Shown here piece after piece: positions 1 through 8,446 of a DNA stretch of 37,582 nt. Source of the DNA: a virus (taxonomy: Duplodnaviria; Caudoviricetes); the IMG/VR virus record IMGVR_UViG_3300044709_000019, positions 1 through 37,582 of that record; one strand, given 5' to 3'. Under the pieces are notes generated by a model that worked only from the letters and a program-made list of their open reading frames with translations, was not told the origin of the DNA and did not search any database. Each line of letters opens with the position of its first letter. Position 1 is the first letter of the stretch. Position numbers and translations under genes: made by a program.

Positions 1-299
1 ACGAACTGGCGGCGCATAATCAGATGATGGACGCGAAAGAGGAGTTAAGAAGGCTGGAGGGGTTTCTAGAAGGCTTAAAAGCCGTCGGCGATCCTATTTA
101 CGAAAAACATCGTTGCAAGAAGCACAGAGATGTCATGTTCGACATCGAATATCGCATACGTCTCTTGCGCGGAATTGTGATGCCAGCCATAGAGCCAGTA
201 GCATTAACGCCAGAACAAGAAGCCGCTGGGGCCATGGCCATGGCGGCATGGGATCGCGATACGGAAATTGCGAGAGCAAAAGGATATAACTGCGACTAA
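1..299 (+). CDS. Hypothetical protein, 3' part (5' part at 37531..37582 across the junction)
   Basis: Frame is open from base 3 to the stop at 299 and matches the frame of ATG 37531, which has a GAGGGGG RBS. Confidence 0.7.
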   Translation, partial: ELAAHNQMMDAKEELRRLEGFLEGLKAVGDPIYEKHRCKKHRDVMFDIEYRIRLLRGIVMPAIEPVALTPEQEAAGAMAMAAWDRDTEIARAKGYNCD

Positions 300-309
300 A
301 GGGGAAGCC

Positions 310-516
310 ATGCAGCAAGAAGAATGGCGGGAAATGTCGCGAAGGATGCGGCGAGACAGGACGCTGCGGCGTAGCGTGCATAGACCCATACCGTGGTACG
401 TGCCAACGAGCAAGTTCGATAGTCTGTGTGATGTGTGCCTCATCATCTTGGTTGTGGTCGGCATACCATTAGCGCTGAATTGGGCGATTGATTTTTTGCA
501 AGCGCTGGCGAGATAA
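310..516 (+). CDS. Small membrane protein
   Basis: AAGGGG RBS before ATG 310; C-terminal hydrophobic segment VCLIILVVVGIPLAL. Confidence 0.55.
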   Translation: MQQEEWREMSRRMRRDRTLRRSVHRPIPWYVPTSKFDSLCDVCLIILVVVGIPLALNWAIDFLQALAR

Positions 517-576
517 CGGAGCGCAAAATGGATGATGGGGGAATGCAATGGTGGCAACAATTGGGAGCGGAGGAAT

Positions 577-1266
577 ATGAACGAAATTTACAAAGCGATA
601 ACTTTGGTTGCTCTCGACCTTTCCAGGGAAGGGATCGGGAAGGATCGGAAGAATATGCAACAAGGTTATTCTTTTCGCGGAATCGACGATATGTACAACG
701 CCCTTGCACCGCTCTTAGCTCGCGCTGGGTTATGCATTTTGCCGCGCGTGCTATCGAGAGAATGCGTAGAGCGAACAACCACGAAGGGGGCCGTGCTGTT
801 CTATGTGACCGTTGATGTTGAATTTGATTTCGTGGCGGCGTCCGATGGATCGCGGCATACGGTAAAAGTGTTTGGCGAGGCCATGGATAGCGCCGATAAA
901 GCCACGAACAAGGCAATGAGCGCAGCATACAAATATGCGTGCATGCAAGCCTTCTGCATTCCGACAGAGGGCGATAATGATTCAGACGCTACGACGCATG
1001 AAGTGAAGGCGGCGGCGCGTCCGTTGCCTGCGGCTCATAAGCCAGTGGATGGCGCAATGGAATCGCTGAGCGCCGACGATCAGGCGCATATTCGTGGTTT
1101 GGCGATTGAAGTAATAGCAATGGTCGCTGATAACGATCCTATAGGCGCGAATCAATTTATTGCAGAAGCAGGATTAGTGGCAGATGAGAAGGTCGCGCTC
1201 TGGTCGCAATTGGATTCGAAGGTGAGGAGCGCTCTGAAGAAAGCAGCCGCTGCCGAGGTCGCTTGA
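577..1266 (+). CDS. erf: ERF-family single-strand annealing recombinase
   Basis: Motifs GYSFRGIDDMYNAL and GEAMDSADKATNKAMSAAYKYA typical of ERF; GGAGG RBS before ATG 577. Confidence 0.9.
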   Translation: MNEIYKAITLVALDLSREGIGKDRKNMQQGYSFRGIDDMYNALAPLLARAGLCILPRVLSRECVERTTTKGAVLFYVTVDVEFDFVAASDGSRHTVKVFGEAMDSADKATNKAMSAAYKYACMQAFCIPTEGDNDSDATTHEVKAAARPLPAAHKPVDGAMESLSADDQAHIRGLAIEVIAMVADNDPIGANQFIAEAGLVADEKVALWSQLDSKVRSALKKAAAAEVA

Positions 1267-1664
1267 TGGGCGCATTGTTCCGCCAATTCGTGCTTAGAGA
1301 AGAACAAAACGCGAAAGCGCTTTACGCCTTCCTCAAGGCCAATTGGCGGCGCATGGCGGATGCAGGACATCCGATAGGCGTGACGGTTGCAGAATACAAA
1401 TCAAAGCGCAGCAAGGAGCAGAATGCTCGGTATTGGCGGATGCTGCATGATATTAGCGAGAGCGCTTGGCTCAATGGCAAGCAATACAGCGATGAGGCTT
1501 GGCATGAATACTTCAAGGCCAAATTCATTGGCATGGAGGAAGCGCCAGATGGCCGATTAATCGGCCTATCGACTACCGGGCTCGATGTGCATGAGTTCTC
1601 AGATTTTATGATGAAGGTCGAAGTATTCTCTGTTGAAGAGTTGGGAATTCAGTTAACCATTTAA
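1266..1664 (+). CDS. ninB: NinB/Orf-family recombination protein
   Basis: RSKEQNARYW, WHEYFK and STTGLDVHEFSDFM motifs; start overlaps the erf stop. Confidence 0.8.
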   Translation: MGALFRQFVLREEQNAKALYAFLKANWRRMADAGHPIGVTVAEYKSKRSKEQNARYWRMLHDISESAWLNGKQYSDEAWHEYFKAKFIGMEEAPDGRLIGLSTTGLDVHEFSDFMMKVEVFSVEELGIQLTI

Positions 1665-1673
1665 GGGGCGGAA

Positions 1674-2159
1674 ATGCCAAATCATATCACTAACAAAATA
1701 ATTGTTGATTCGATCTATTGTCATTGCGTTGATATTGTCTCCCCCTCGGGGGAATTGGATTTCCGTTTACTAATCCCGCAGCCGCCGCACATTTATTTGA
1801 GCTCCACCACTTCAAAGGATGAAGAAGAGTTCCCGTGCAATTGGCATTCCTGGAATCAAGAGAACTGGGGAACCAAATGGAACGCGTATCAATGCTCGGT
1901 GACGCACGATAATCTACATTCATCATTACAATTCGATACGGCGTGGAGACCGCCATTCCCGATCATGTCGGCATTTGCGAATAGATTCCGAATCCCGTTT
2001 ATCCATTGCTATATGGATGAGGGCGGAGGCCATTGGGGTATTGATCAATGGATTGTCGAGGACAAAGGAATAATGCGCCGCTTCAAAGCGGAGAGGACCT
2101 CTGAAAGATACATTCAACTAGGTGAGGAATTAGGAATTCCGTTGCAGTCGGATCGTTAG
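1674..2159 (+). CDS. YubB/DUF1281-like ferredoxin-fold protein
   Basis: MPNH start, WNQENWGTKWNA and FDTAWRPP motifs. Confidence 0.7.
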   Translation: MPNHITNKIIVDSIYCHCVDIVSPSGELDFRLLIPQPPHIYLSSTTSKDEEEFPCNWHSWNQENWGTKWNAYQCSVTHDNLHSSLQFDTAWRPPFPIMSAFANRFRIPFIHCYMDEGGGHWGIDQWIVEDKGIMRRFKAERTSERYIQLGEELGIPLQSDR

Positions 2160-2182
2160 CGTTAACAACTAAAGAGGAAATT

Positions 2183-2470
2183 ATGATAGGAAAACACGTA
2201 ATAGTCAGAACGAGAAGCGCCGGAGTATTTGCGGGTATTTTGACGGCGAAAAGCGAAACAGAGGTTACGGTTAAGGACGCGCGGCGTTTGTGGTATTGGA
2301 GCGGCGCAGCGAGCCTTAGCCAACTAGCAATGGAAGGCGTTAAGCGCCCGAACGATTGCAAATTTCCATGCGAGGTTGCAGAGGTTATTCTTTCAGAATG
2401 GATAGAAATAATACCGACTACAGAATCCGCGCAAGCATCAATTAAATCGGTGCCAGTATGGGGACAGTAG
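2183..2470 (+). CDS. DUF6948-like protein, possible Sm/LSm-like fold
   Basis: VIVRTRSAGVFAG...DARRLWYWSGAASLSQLA signature; GAGG RBS. The fold assignment is an inference. Confidence 0.7.
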   Translation: MIGKHVIVRTRSAGVFAGILTAKSETEVTVKDARRLWYWSGAASLSQLAMEGVKRPNDCKFPCEVAEVILSEWIEIIPTTESAQASIKSVPVWGQ

Positions 2471-2607
2471 ACTACGGCTACGACTACGGCTACGGCCACG
2501 GCTCCGGCTACGGCTCCGGCTCAGGCTACGGCGACGGCTACGGCTCCGGCTCAGGCTACGGCTACGGCGACGGCGACGGCGACGGCTACGGCGACGGCTA
2601 CGGCTAA
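2458..2607 (+). CDS. Gly/Tyr/Asp/Ser repeat micro-protein, copy 1 (49 aa, not in the ORF track)
   Basis: Read by hand: MGTVDYGYDYGYGHGSGYG...GDGYG-stop; overlaps the 3' end of the upstream gene. Confidence 0.6.
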   Translation: MGTVDYGYDYGYGHGSGYGSGSGYGDGYGSGSGYGYGDGDGDGYGDGYG

Positions 2608-2953
2608 CATCAATGCTCCGGCTACGGCTACGGCTAAGAAAGGAGGACGTATGGGAACAGTAGGCGACGGCTCCGGCGACGGATCCGGCTCCGGCTCCGG
2701 CGACGGCTACGGCTCCGGCTCCGGCTACGGCTACGGCTCCGGCTCCGGCGACGGCGACGGCGACGGCTACGGCTCCGGCTCCGGCTACGGCGACGGCTAC
2801 GGCGACGGCTACGGCGACGGCTACGGCGACGGCTACGGCGACGGCTCCGGCGACGGCTACGGCGACGGCTACGGCGACGGCTACGGCGACGGCTCCGGCT
2901 CCGGCTACGGCGACGGCTACGGCGACGGCGACGGCTACGGCTACGGCTCCGGC
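2471..2953 (+). repeat. Hexamer tandem repeat arrays (GGCTAC/GGCGAC/GGCTCC) in two duplicated blocks
   Basis: Directly visible. Both blocks begin GTATGGGRACAGTAG and end GGCTAACATCAATGCTCCGGC. Confidence 0.95.
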
Positions 2954-2956
2954 TAA
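2651..2956 (+). CDS. Gly/Tyr/Asp/Ser repeat protein, copy 2 (101 aa)
   Basis: Strong AAGGAGG RBS; MGTV start shared with copy 1; GYGD repeats. Confidence 0.7.
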   Translation: MGTVGDGSGDGSGSGSGDGYGSGSGYGYGSGSGDGDGDGYGSGSGYGDGYGDGYGDGYGDGYGDGSGDGYGDGYGDGYGDGSGSGYGDGYGDGDGYGYGSG

Positions 2957-2963
2957 CATCAAT

Positions 2964-3031
2964 GCTCCGGCCTGCGCGAGGTTGCAATTCCCTCCCCGCT
3001 GCCTTGCGATGTGCGCCGGAGCGCCTTTTTT
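2964..3031 (+). terminator. Long hairpin plus U-tract, putative terminator or attenuator in the early operon
   Basis: GCTCCGGC (2964) pairs with GCCGGAGC (3015-3022); inner CGCGAGG/CCTTGCG stem; TTTTTT at 3026-3031. Confidence 0.55.
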
Positions 3032-3044
3032 GTGGGGATAAGAA

Positions 3045-3278
3045 ATGACTCAAGAAGAGAAACAAAAAATAGATGAGCAATTGCATAAGTTACGCGCCAT
3101 CCTCGAAGCTGGAGAGCCAATATTCATCTTGCGCGGACAAGATGTCCTTGCGCCGGAATGCGTGCGGCATTGGTCCGCCAGGGCGGCGCGCGAATGCGTT
3201 AATCCGCAGAAGGTCGGCGAAGCATGGGCCATTTCAAACGCAATGGAGGCGTGGAATGATCAGAAAATTCCAGATTAA
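3045..3278 (+). CDS. Phage hypothetical protein
   Basis: EPIFILRGQDVLAP motif seen in small phage proteins; operon context. Confidence 0.65.
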   Translation: MTQEEKQKIDEQLHKLRAILEAGEPIFILRGQDVLAPECVRHWSARAARECVNPQKVGEAWAISNAMEAWNDQKIPD

Positions 3279-3456
3279 TAAGCACGATCTCAAAGAGTTC
3301 ATGGTCATCGCATGGCTTTGTCTCTGCGTAGTTGTAATCATTGATTACGTTCTTTTCTTGTTCAATATTGCGCTCATATATGGAGCGCTTCCAGCGGCAA
3401 TTGCAGGCTGGTTTGTCGGTAGATGGGCGGATTCTTTTTTTGGTCGGCGGCGATGA
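3256..3456 (+). CDS. Small two-TM membrane protein
   Basis: GGAGG RBS before ATG 3256; two hydrophobic stretches. Confidence 0.55.
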   Translation: MIRKFQINKHDLKEFMVIAWLCLCVVVIIDYVLFLFNIALIYGALPAAIAGWFVGRWADSFFGRRR

Positions 3457-3486
3457 TTGATGTTTATTTAAGCGAAAGGAGCTGAA

Positions 3487-3822
3487 ATGAATCTTCCTCG
3501 ACGGCAACGCCCATGGTGCGAAGGGCTCACGCATGAGCAGAAACTCGAAGAAGCAAAGAATCGATACGGGCGAACATTTCGATGCGCAGAGCAAGTCGGA
3601 ACGCTCGCACAGGAAACCCGAAAGATTGTGGACGCAGGCAGAGAAATCCCAAAATGGCTAGAGCGCCGCAATGATCACTCACGAGAGGGGAATCAATATG
3701 CAAGCATCAATGCCTTTAACGGCGAAGGAGGCGGCGGTATTGTTGGGCATTTCTGCGCGGCAAATATATTGCCTTGCCGAAGAAGGAAAAATCCCGCATT
3801 ACCGATTCGGCGGCGCGGTTAG
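3487..3822 (+). CDS. Hypothetical protein
   Basis: AAGGAG RBS; 3' end overlaps xis. Confidence 0.5.
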   Translation: MNLPRRQRPWCEGLTHEQKLEEAKNRYGRTFRCAEQVGTLAQETRKIVDAGREIPKWLERRNDHSREGNQYASINAFNGEGGGGIVGHFCAANILPCRRRKNPALPIRRRG

Positions 3823-4060
3823 GTTTGAACGAATAGACATCGAGAAATATAAGCAGTCATGCCGATCAAATGGGAAAAGAAAGCGGGCAACGCCGGTCGC
3901 TGGCGCTACGAATTTAACCGCCTCATCAATGGGCAAAGAATCCGGACTAGTCGCTTACTTCCGGAAGGCTGGACTCGATCCCGCGCGGAAACATTCGACC
4001 GCCAAGAGACGGCGCGCATCTATGCTGAAGCTAGCGGTATCGAACAGCCGAAAAGACTGA
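3698..4060 (+). CDS. xis: Excisionase-type HTH protein
   Basis: LTAKEAAVLLGISARQIYCLAEEGKIPHYRFGGAVRF is a typical Xis/HTH_17 pattern; directly upstream of and overlapping int. Confidence 0.85.
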   Translation: MQASMPLTAKEAAVLLGISARQIYCLAEEGKIPHYRFGGAVRFERIDIEKYKQSCRSNGKRKRATPVAGATNLTASSMGKESGLVAYFRKAGLDPARKHSTAKRRRASMLKLAVSNSRKD

Positions 4061-4842
4061 TCGAAGAAGCCGTGCAAATTTACCTAGAGAACAAAACACA
4101 TCTGGCGAACTTCGCAAAAATGCGCCAGGAATTTGTTTTATTGCATCCATGGTACGCCGGGAGGGCTCTTGATGAAGTCCCACAGGTCTCGCAAATGTAC
4201 GCGAAAGATAATCCGCATTTCGCGCCAGCTACGATTCGCAATCGGCTTGCTTATCTGCGAGCTGCTCTTCGGTATGCATATAAGAAGCATTCCATCGGTG
4301 ATCGAGACTACACCGATCGGATGGAGTTTCCAACGGTTAATAATGAGCGGCATGTCTACAAGGAGAGGGCTGAGGTATTGCGGCTGGCGCGAGCGTGTAA
4401 GGACTTAGAGACGCGGGCAATCATCATGATTGCGTTCTACACCGGCCTGCGATGGCGCGAGGGGATTCTTCGCATGACTCGAAAAAGCATTCGCGGCGAT
4501 CTATTCGATCTTGGCAGATTAAAGAACGGAAAGCCGCATATGGTCCCGATTCATCCGAAGCTGAATGTGTACCTCAAGCGGCTTCCGTTCGGGAAGCACG
4601 ATAGGACATATTACAAGCATTTTGAAGAAGCGCGAGAAGCTGCTGGAATGCCGGAAGTTACGATGCATACAATGAGGCATTCTCTCGCTTCTGAGCTGCT
4701 CACGAGGCACGGTGCTAACTTAAGGCAAGTTGCCGAGGTTCTCGGCCATACATCATTGCAGGCCACTAACAGATACGCACATATGGACGTTGAAGGACGA
4801 AGGGAACTTATCAACAGAATGGGAAGGAAGAAGAATGTATGA
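3859..4842 (+). CDS. int: Tyrosine recombinase (integrase)
   Basis: Catalytic set present: YTGLR, K (RLKNG), HTMRH, LGH, RYAH. Confidence 0.95.
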   Translation: MPIKWEKKAGNAGRWRYEFNRLINGQRIRTSRLLPEGWTRSRAETFDRQETARIYAEASGIEQPKRLIEEAVQIYLENKTHLANFAKMRQEFVLLHPWYAGRALDEVPQVSQMYAKDNPHFAPATIRNRLAYLRAALRYAYKKHSIGDRDYTDRMEFPTVNNERHVYKERAEVLRLARACKDLETRAIIMIAFYTGLRWREGILRMTRKSIRGDLFDLGRLKNGKPHMVPIHPKLNVYLKRLPFGKHDRTYYKHFEEAREAAGMPEVTMHTMRHSLASELLTRHGANLRQVAEVLGHTSLQATNRYAHMDVEGRRELINRMGRKKNV

Positions 4843-5008
4843 AACTATCGTAACTACCCTATTTGTCATTATTATCAGTTTTTGTTTTTTCAAAGGCGGC
4901 TTGGCTGCGCAGAGAGCCGCAGTATATGACGCATGCGATAACTTCGGTGTGTTCATTATCGATGAAGAAAATACGATTTCGTGCAGAGTGATTAAGGAGA
5001 AAAAATAA
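4835..5008 (+). CDS. Small membrane-anchored protein
   Basis: ATG 4835 overlaps the end of int; N-terminal hydrophobic helix. Confidence 0.5.
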   Translation: MYETIVTTLFVIIISFCFFKGGLAAQRAAVYDACDNFGVFIIDEENTISCRVIKEKK

Positions 5009-5080
5009 TGTGGATTAGCAGGAAAGAATTTAACGAGCTTCAAGGAAGTTCTATGTTAAGCACAACCCGCCAGGGGATGA

Positions 5081-5299
5081 ATGAAAATGAAGCCAGAGGA
5101 TAAAGTGTTCCCGTCAGCGCGCGTTACTGAATTGGAAACCGCGCGAACCGAAGGCATTGATCTTCGCGCTTACATCGCAACAGCGGCGCTTCAAGGGATT
5201 TTGGCGAATATAAAGATGGATTCCATGTATACACCCGATCCCGATTGTGTGGCTACTCTCGCGATTAGATGCGCCGATGCGTTGATTGAGAAATTGTGA
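5081..5299 (+). CDS. Phage hypothetical protein
   Basis: GIDLRAYIATAALQGILA...ADALI resembles a widespread small phage family. Confidence 0.65.
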   Translation: MKMKPEDKVFPSARVTELETARTEGIDLRAYIATAALQGILANIKMDSMYTPDPDCVATLAIRCADALIEKL

Positions 5300-5384
5300 T
5301 GGTGGGCGAGGCGGGACTCGAACCCGCACTCCCGAGGGAAATGGATTTTAAATCCATTGAGTCTGCCAATTTCTCCACTCGCCC
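5300..5384 (-). tRNA. tRNA-Leu (anticodon UAA), complete with encoded CCA; candidate attP core
   Basis: Reverse complement folds as acceptor GGGCGAG/CTCGCCC, anticodon arm ATGGA-TTTAAAA-TCCAT, long variable arm, GGTTCGAGTCC T-arm and ACCA end. Confidence 0.95.
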
Positions 5385-5402
5385 AAACTTGAAAGCATAG
5401 AT

Positions 5403-5750
5403 ATGCTATTTGCCGGGATCAGAATCCATTCAGGTAATACGCCAGCGGGCCAAGAGGGGTGCATTCCATTCGGGGATTTCCAAATTTTCGAAAGCGTCCA
5501 TTGTGAGAAATATGGCGATACTCCAAAACGACCCCATAGAAAACGCAATCAAAATCCAAATTATCACCTAAGAATTCAGAAAAAATGGGCCAAACAATTC
5601 GGCTACGTTCTAGAACCATGCGCATACATGGTGAATGTCGGATCGCGTAAACAACTATTCATTCATCCAATTTTAATGCGCAAGGTTAAATCACAAATGA
5701 ATACAGAAAAATCCGCATTTTTTATGCGCTCGTCTATGAATGGCGACTAA
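5403..5750 (+). CDS. Hypothetical basic protein with an N-terminal DUF5675-like catalytic peptide
   Basis: N-terminus [23 protein letters not shown] matches the endolysin motif; the remainder is K/R-rich. Confidence 0.6.
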   Translation: [115 protein letters not shown]

Positions 5751-5881
5751 TTTTAAGTTAATCGGAGCCCTATTCGAACGTTCAATTTAAACAGATGTTT
5801 CGCCTAAAAACATGAACTTGTTCACATGCACAATCCGCATGTTTGGCGCAAAATGAACAGTGGAATGCAGAAAAATCCGCA
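5699..5881 (+). repeat. 19-bp direct repeat GAATRCAGAAAAATCCGCA (5699, 5863) plus a partial copy at 5828; possible integrase arm sites
   Basis: Seen directly in an AT-rich region near the tRNA; function is inferred. Confidence 0.5.
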
Positions 5882-5900
5882 ATTTTACGGAGGCAAAGAA

Positions 5901-6704
5901 ATGAGCAATAAGCTTCTTGCAAGCGTGGCTGAAAACATCCATCAAGAGACTTTGCGGTTAGCTGCCGAAAAATTTTCCGCCATCTATCCTGGTGGATGCA
6001 AAGAAATCAATGATGGCTGGATTCCGCACGATGGCGGCGATTGCCCAATCCCTTGGGCGAAGGCGGGGGGGTTTGAATTAAAGGTCAGAAATGGCGGTTT
6101 AATCTCGACAAAGGGAGTACGAGACCTACTGTGGAGTCATGGCGGAAGGGCGTATGACATCATGGCGTGGCGTCTCACCGATGGGTGGATACCAGTTATC
6201 GGCGGGAATATGCCGAAGGAGATTGAGGGGGCGAAGAAAGGAGAATTTGAGCTTAGATTCGAATCGGGAACTATCATGTTGGCGTCTCACCCTGCAAAAT
6301 ATTTGTACTTCGAAACGACCTCTGTTTCCAGGATTGTCGCCGTCCGGCTCGTTAAGCGCTCTCAGCCTGTTATAACTACAGGCCCATACCACAATCCGTT
6401 AAATGATTTTTCTGTGCAGCAAGCGGAACCTACCTTGCATGATGTATTAGATGCGGCCGGTTTTGGCCGTGGCGGCAAGCATAAAGAGATTGGTATTGAT
6501 CTGGCCAGCGGACCAGATAGGGCAGTCTACTCAAAGCCGTTGAAGGAGACCGCGAAGCAGCGACTCACTCGCGAAGCTTATCAAGCATACAAGGCTCGCT
6601 TCCCTAAGGTCTCACCGTTCCGCCAATTGAGCGAAGAAGACCAGATGAGCATAGCTGCGGCTGCGCTTAGAGAGCATGATAAGAAGTGGCCGAGGAAATT
6701 GTAA
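5901..6704 (+). CDS. Hypothetical protein with an internally duplicated DGWIP domain
   Basis: GGAGG RBS before ATG 5901; DGWIPHDGG..AKAGGFELK and DGWIPVIGG..AKKGEFELR repeats. Confidence 0.7.
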   Translation: MSNKLLASVAENIHQETLRLAAEKFSAIYPGGCKEINDGWIPHDGGDCPIPWAKAGGFELKVRNGGLISTKGVRDLLWSHGGRAYDIMAWRLTDGWIPVIGGNMPKEIEGAKKGEFELRFESGTIMLASHPAKYLYFETTSVSRIVAVRLVKRSQPVITTGPYHNPLNDFSVQQAEPTLHDVLDAAGFGRGGKHKEIGIDLASGPDRAVYSKPLKETAKQRLTREAYQAYKARFPKVSPFRQLSEEDQMSIAAAALREHDKKWPRKL

Positions 6705-6946
6705 TGGCTTACGTGATTGTAAAGCGTAAAAAGTATCTCGAAGGATGGAATTATGCATCTGGATTTGGATACTCATTTTTCTGGACGACTGACATGGCCA
6801 AAGCACGAAGATTTGCCGACGATGATGCATCGGTTGATTCGTATGCCAAAGAAACAAATGGGCGGTTAGTGCACGTTAAAAATGCTTGTGAAGAACTAGC
6901 TAGAGAAGAAAGATTAATTCTTGCGGCGATGGAGGGGGAGAGATGA
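6704..6946 (+). CDS. Hypothetical protein
   Basis: TAATG translational coupling; GAGG RBS. Confidence 0.6.
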   Translation: MAYVIVKRKKYLEGWNYASGFGYSFFWTTDMAKARRFADDDASVDSYAKETNGRLVHVKNACEELAREERLILAAMEGER

Positions 6947-7100
6947 AGTTCTGGCTGATATTCGAGAGATTAGTTAAGCGCCTAATATGCAAGCATCGTT
7001 GTCGCACGGCGAATAAAGAGAAGACTCTATTTATTTGCGATGTGTGTGGTAATGAGAAGCCATATAGTGATTTTGTGACGCGGTGGATGGAGGGGAAGGG

Positions 7101-7307
7101 ATGAGCAAACCAATTGAATTTTCAATAAGCAGAAAATGGCCATGGCAAGGACTTTCAGTGCAGCTTACTGCTGGAAAGACAACAATCGATCTTGGCTCTC
7201 TAGATTCGATTGATGCGCTGAGGCTGATTGAAGAGTTGAAACGCGCGGCGGCATTAGCTAACCAGCTCGCGTTAGATTTTTCAGACACTAAGGCAGGGAG
7301 CAAATAG
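7101..7307 (+). CDS. Hypothetical protein
   Basis: Purine-rich RBS; operon context. Confidence 0.55.
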   Translation: MSKPIEFSISRKWPWQGLSVQLTAGKTTIDLGSLDSIDALRLIEELKRAAALANQLALDFSDTKAGSK

Positions 7308-7308
7308 G

Positions 7309-7875
7309 ATGAGCAACGAAGAAAAGACGCTTGCTGAGGTGGCGGCTGAAGCTTACGCAGCTTCATGGGCTGGAGCAACTTCATCTTTAACTTGGCACAA
7401 TGTTCAAAAGGCCGTCATTGAGGAGTGGCAGCGGAGGAACGTGGAGCCGGTTGCTTGGATGCAAATAGGTATTGGCGCTCACGACGGGATGCGTGCTGTT
7501 AGGCTAAACGCGCCAAATGGATATAACCCTGATTGGTGGAGATTTGAGCCTCTCTACACAGCCACACAACTTCCAACAGCGCAGAGCGAATGCGGCTGCG
7601 AGCAATGCGACACTGCCAGACGTAGCAAGCTATCTGGCGGCGACCAGCTTCAGCGCAACATGATTGTTTGTGAGAGGTGTGGAAACAAGCGCTGTCCGCA
7701 TGCTACATACCATGGGCTAGAGTGTACTGGCTCTAACGAGCCGGGGCAGTTTGGGAGCAGCTATGATGTGCAGCTTCCGAGTAGAGATGACATCTTCGTT
7801 GTAATAGTTGATTCAGAGTCTCCTGAAGAAGCCACACAAGCTGTTCTTGATTTAATGAAGGGGAAGGAATCGTGA
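7309..7875 (+). CDS. EPVAW-type early protein with a Cys-rich module
   Basis: EPVAW...PLY motif plus CGCEQC..CERCGNKRCPHA..CTGSNEPGQ. Confidence 0.7.
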   Translation: MSNEEKTLAEVAAEAYAASWAGATSSLTWHNVQKAVIEEWQRRNVEPVAWMQIGIGAHDGMRAVRLNAPNGYNPDWWRFEPLYTATQLPTAQSECGCEQCDTARRSKLSGGDQLQRNMIVCERCGNKRCPHATYHGLECTGSNEPGQFGSSYDVQLPSRDDIFVVIVDSESPEEATQAVLDLMKGKES

Positions 7876-8047
7876 GTATCTCAATTTCGGAAATAGTTGA
7901 GAAGGCGAAAGCTTCTGTCCGTGCTCAAAAGAAAGTTGTGCCATATATTTTTGATGAATGGCAAGAGCTTCGACGCGCTGAGATGAATTTCGCGGAAGCC
8001 AAGAAACGTCTAGAGGCGGCTAAGAAACGATGGAAGGAGCTGGGGCA

Positions 8048-8446
8048 ATGAATGAAGAATTGATGAGTTTGGAAGAGGTTGCAGAGATAGAAACCCTTTT
8101 AAACAGAGACAACTTTCGTATGCAGTATCTTAAAGAGAGCGTGGCTAGGTTACACAAGACCGCCCGAGCTGCACACTCCTTGCAAGAACAGCTTCGAACT
8201 TCTACACAAGCGTTGATTGAAATCGTCGGAGCAGAGGGACCGGCGAGCTTTGAAGATGTTGTTAAAGGCATAGTAGCGTTGAAGGAGGAGAACGAGAAGC
8301 TTCGCGCAGTCTTTGAAGCGGCGAGGAGAGTGCTTCGCTTCAATGGTGTAGATAAAGTCAAATTTATCGGCGGACTTGAGGACTTGGATAGAGCATGCGA
8401 AGTCATGAAAGCTAACGATGCGGAGAATGGGGAGGGGGTTGAATGA
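8048..8446 (+). CDS. Coiled-coil hypothetical protein
   Basis: Helical, charged composition; coupled to the next gene. Confidence 0.6.
   Translation: MNEELMSLEEVAEIETLLNRDNFRMQYLKESVARLHKTARAAHSLQEQLRTSTQALIEIVGAEGPASFEDVVKGIVALKEENEKLRAVFEAARRVLRFNGVDKVKFIGGLEDLDRACEVMKANDAENGEGVE

Noticed and set aside
2471-2953. Possible CRISPR array
   Set aside because: Contiguous 6-bp units with no unique spacers and no cas genes.
2438-3086. Minus-strand poly-(AV) and poly-(SR) ORFs
   Set aside because: Shadow frames of the hexamer repeat; the + strand Gly-rich frame has the RBS and matches operon direction.
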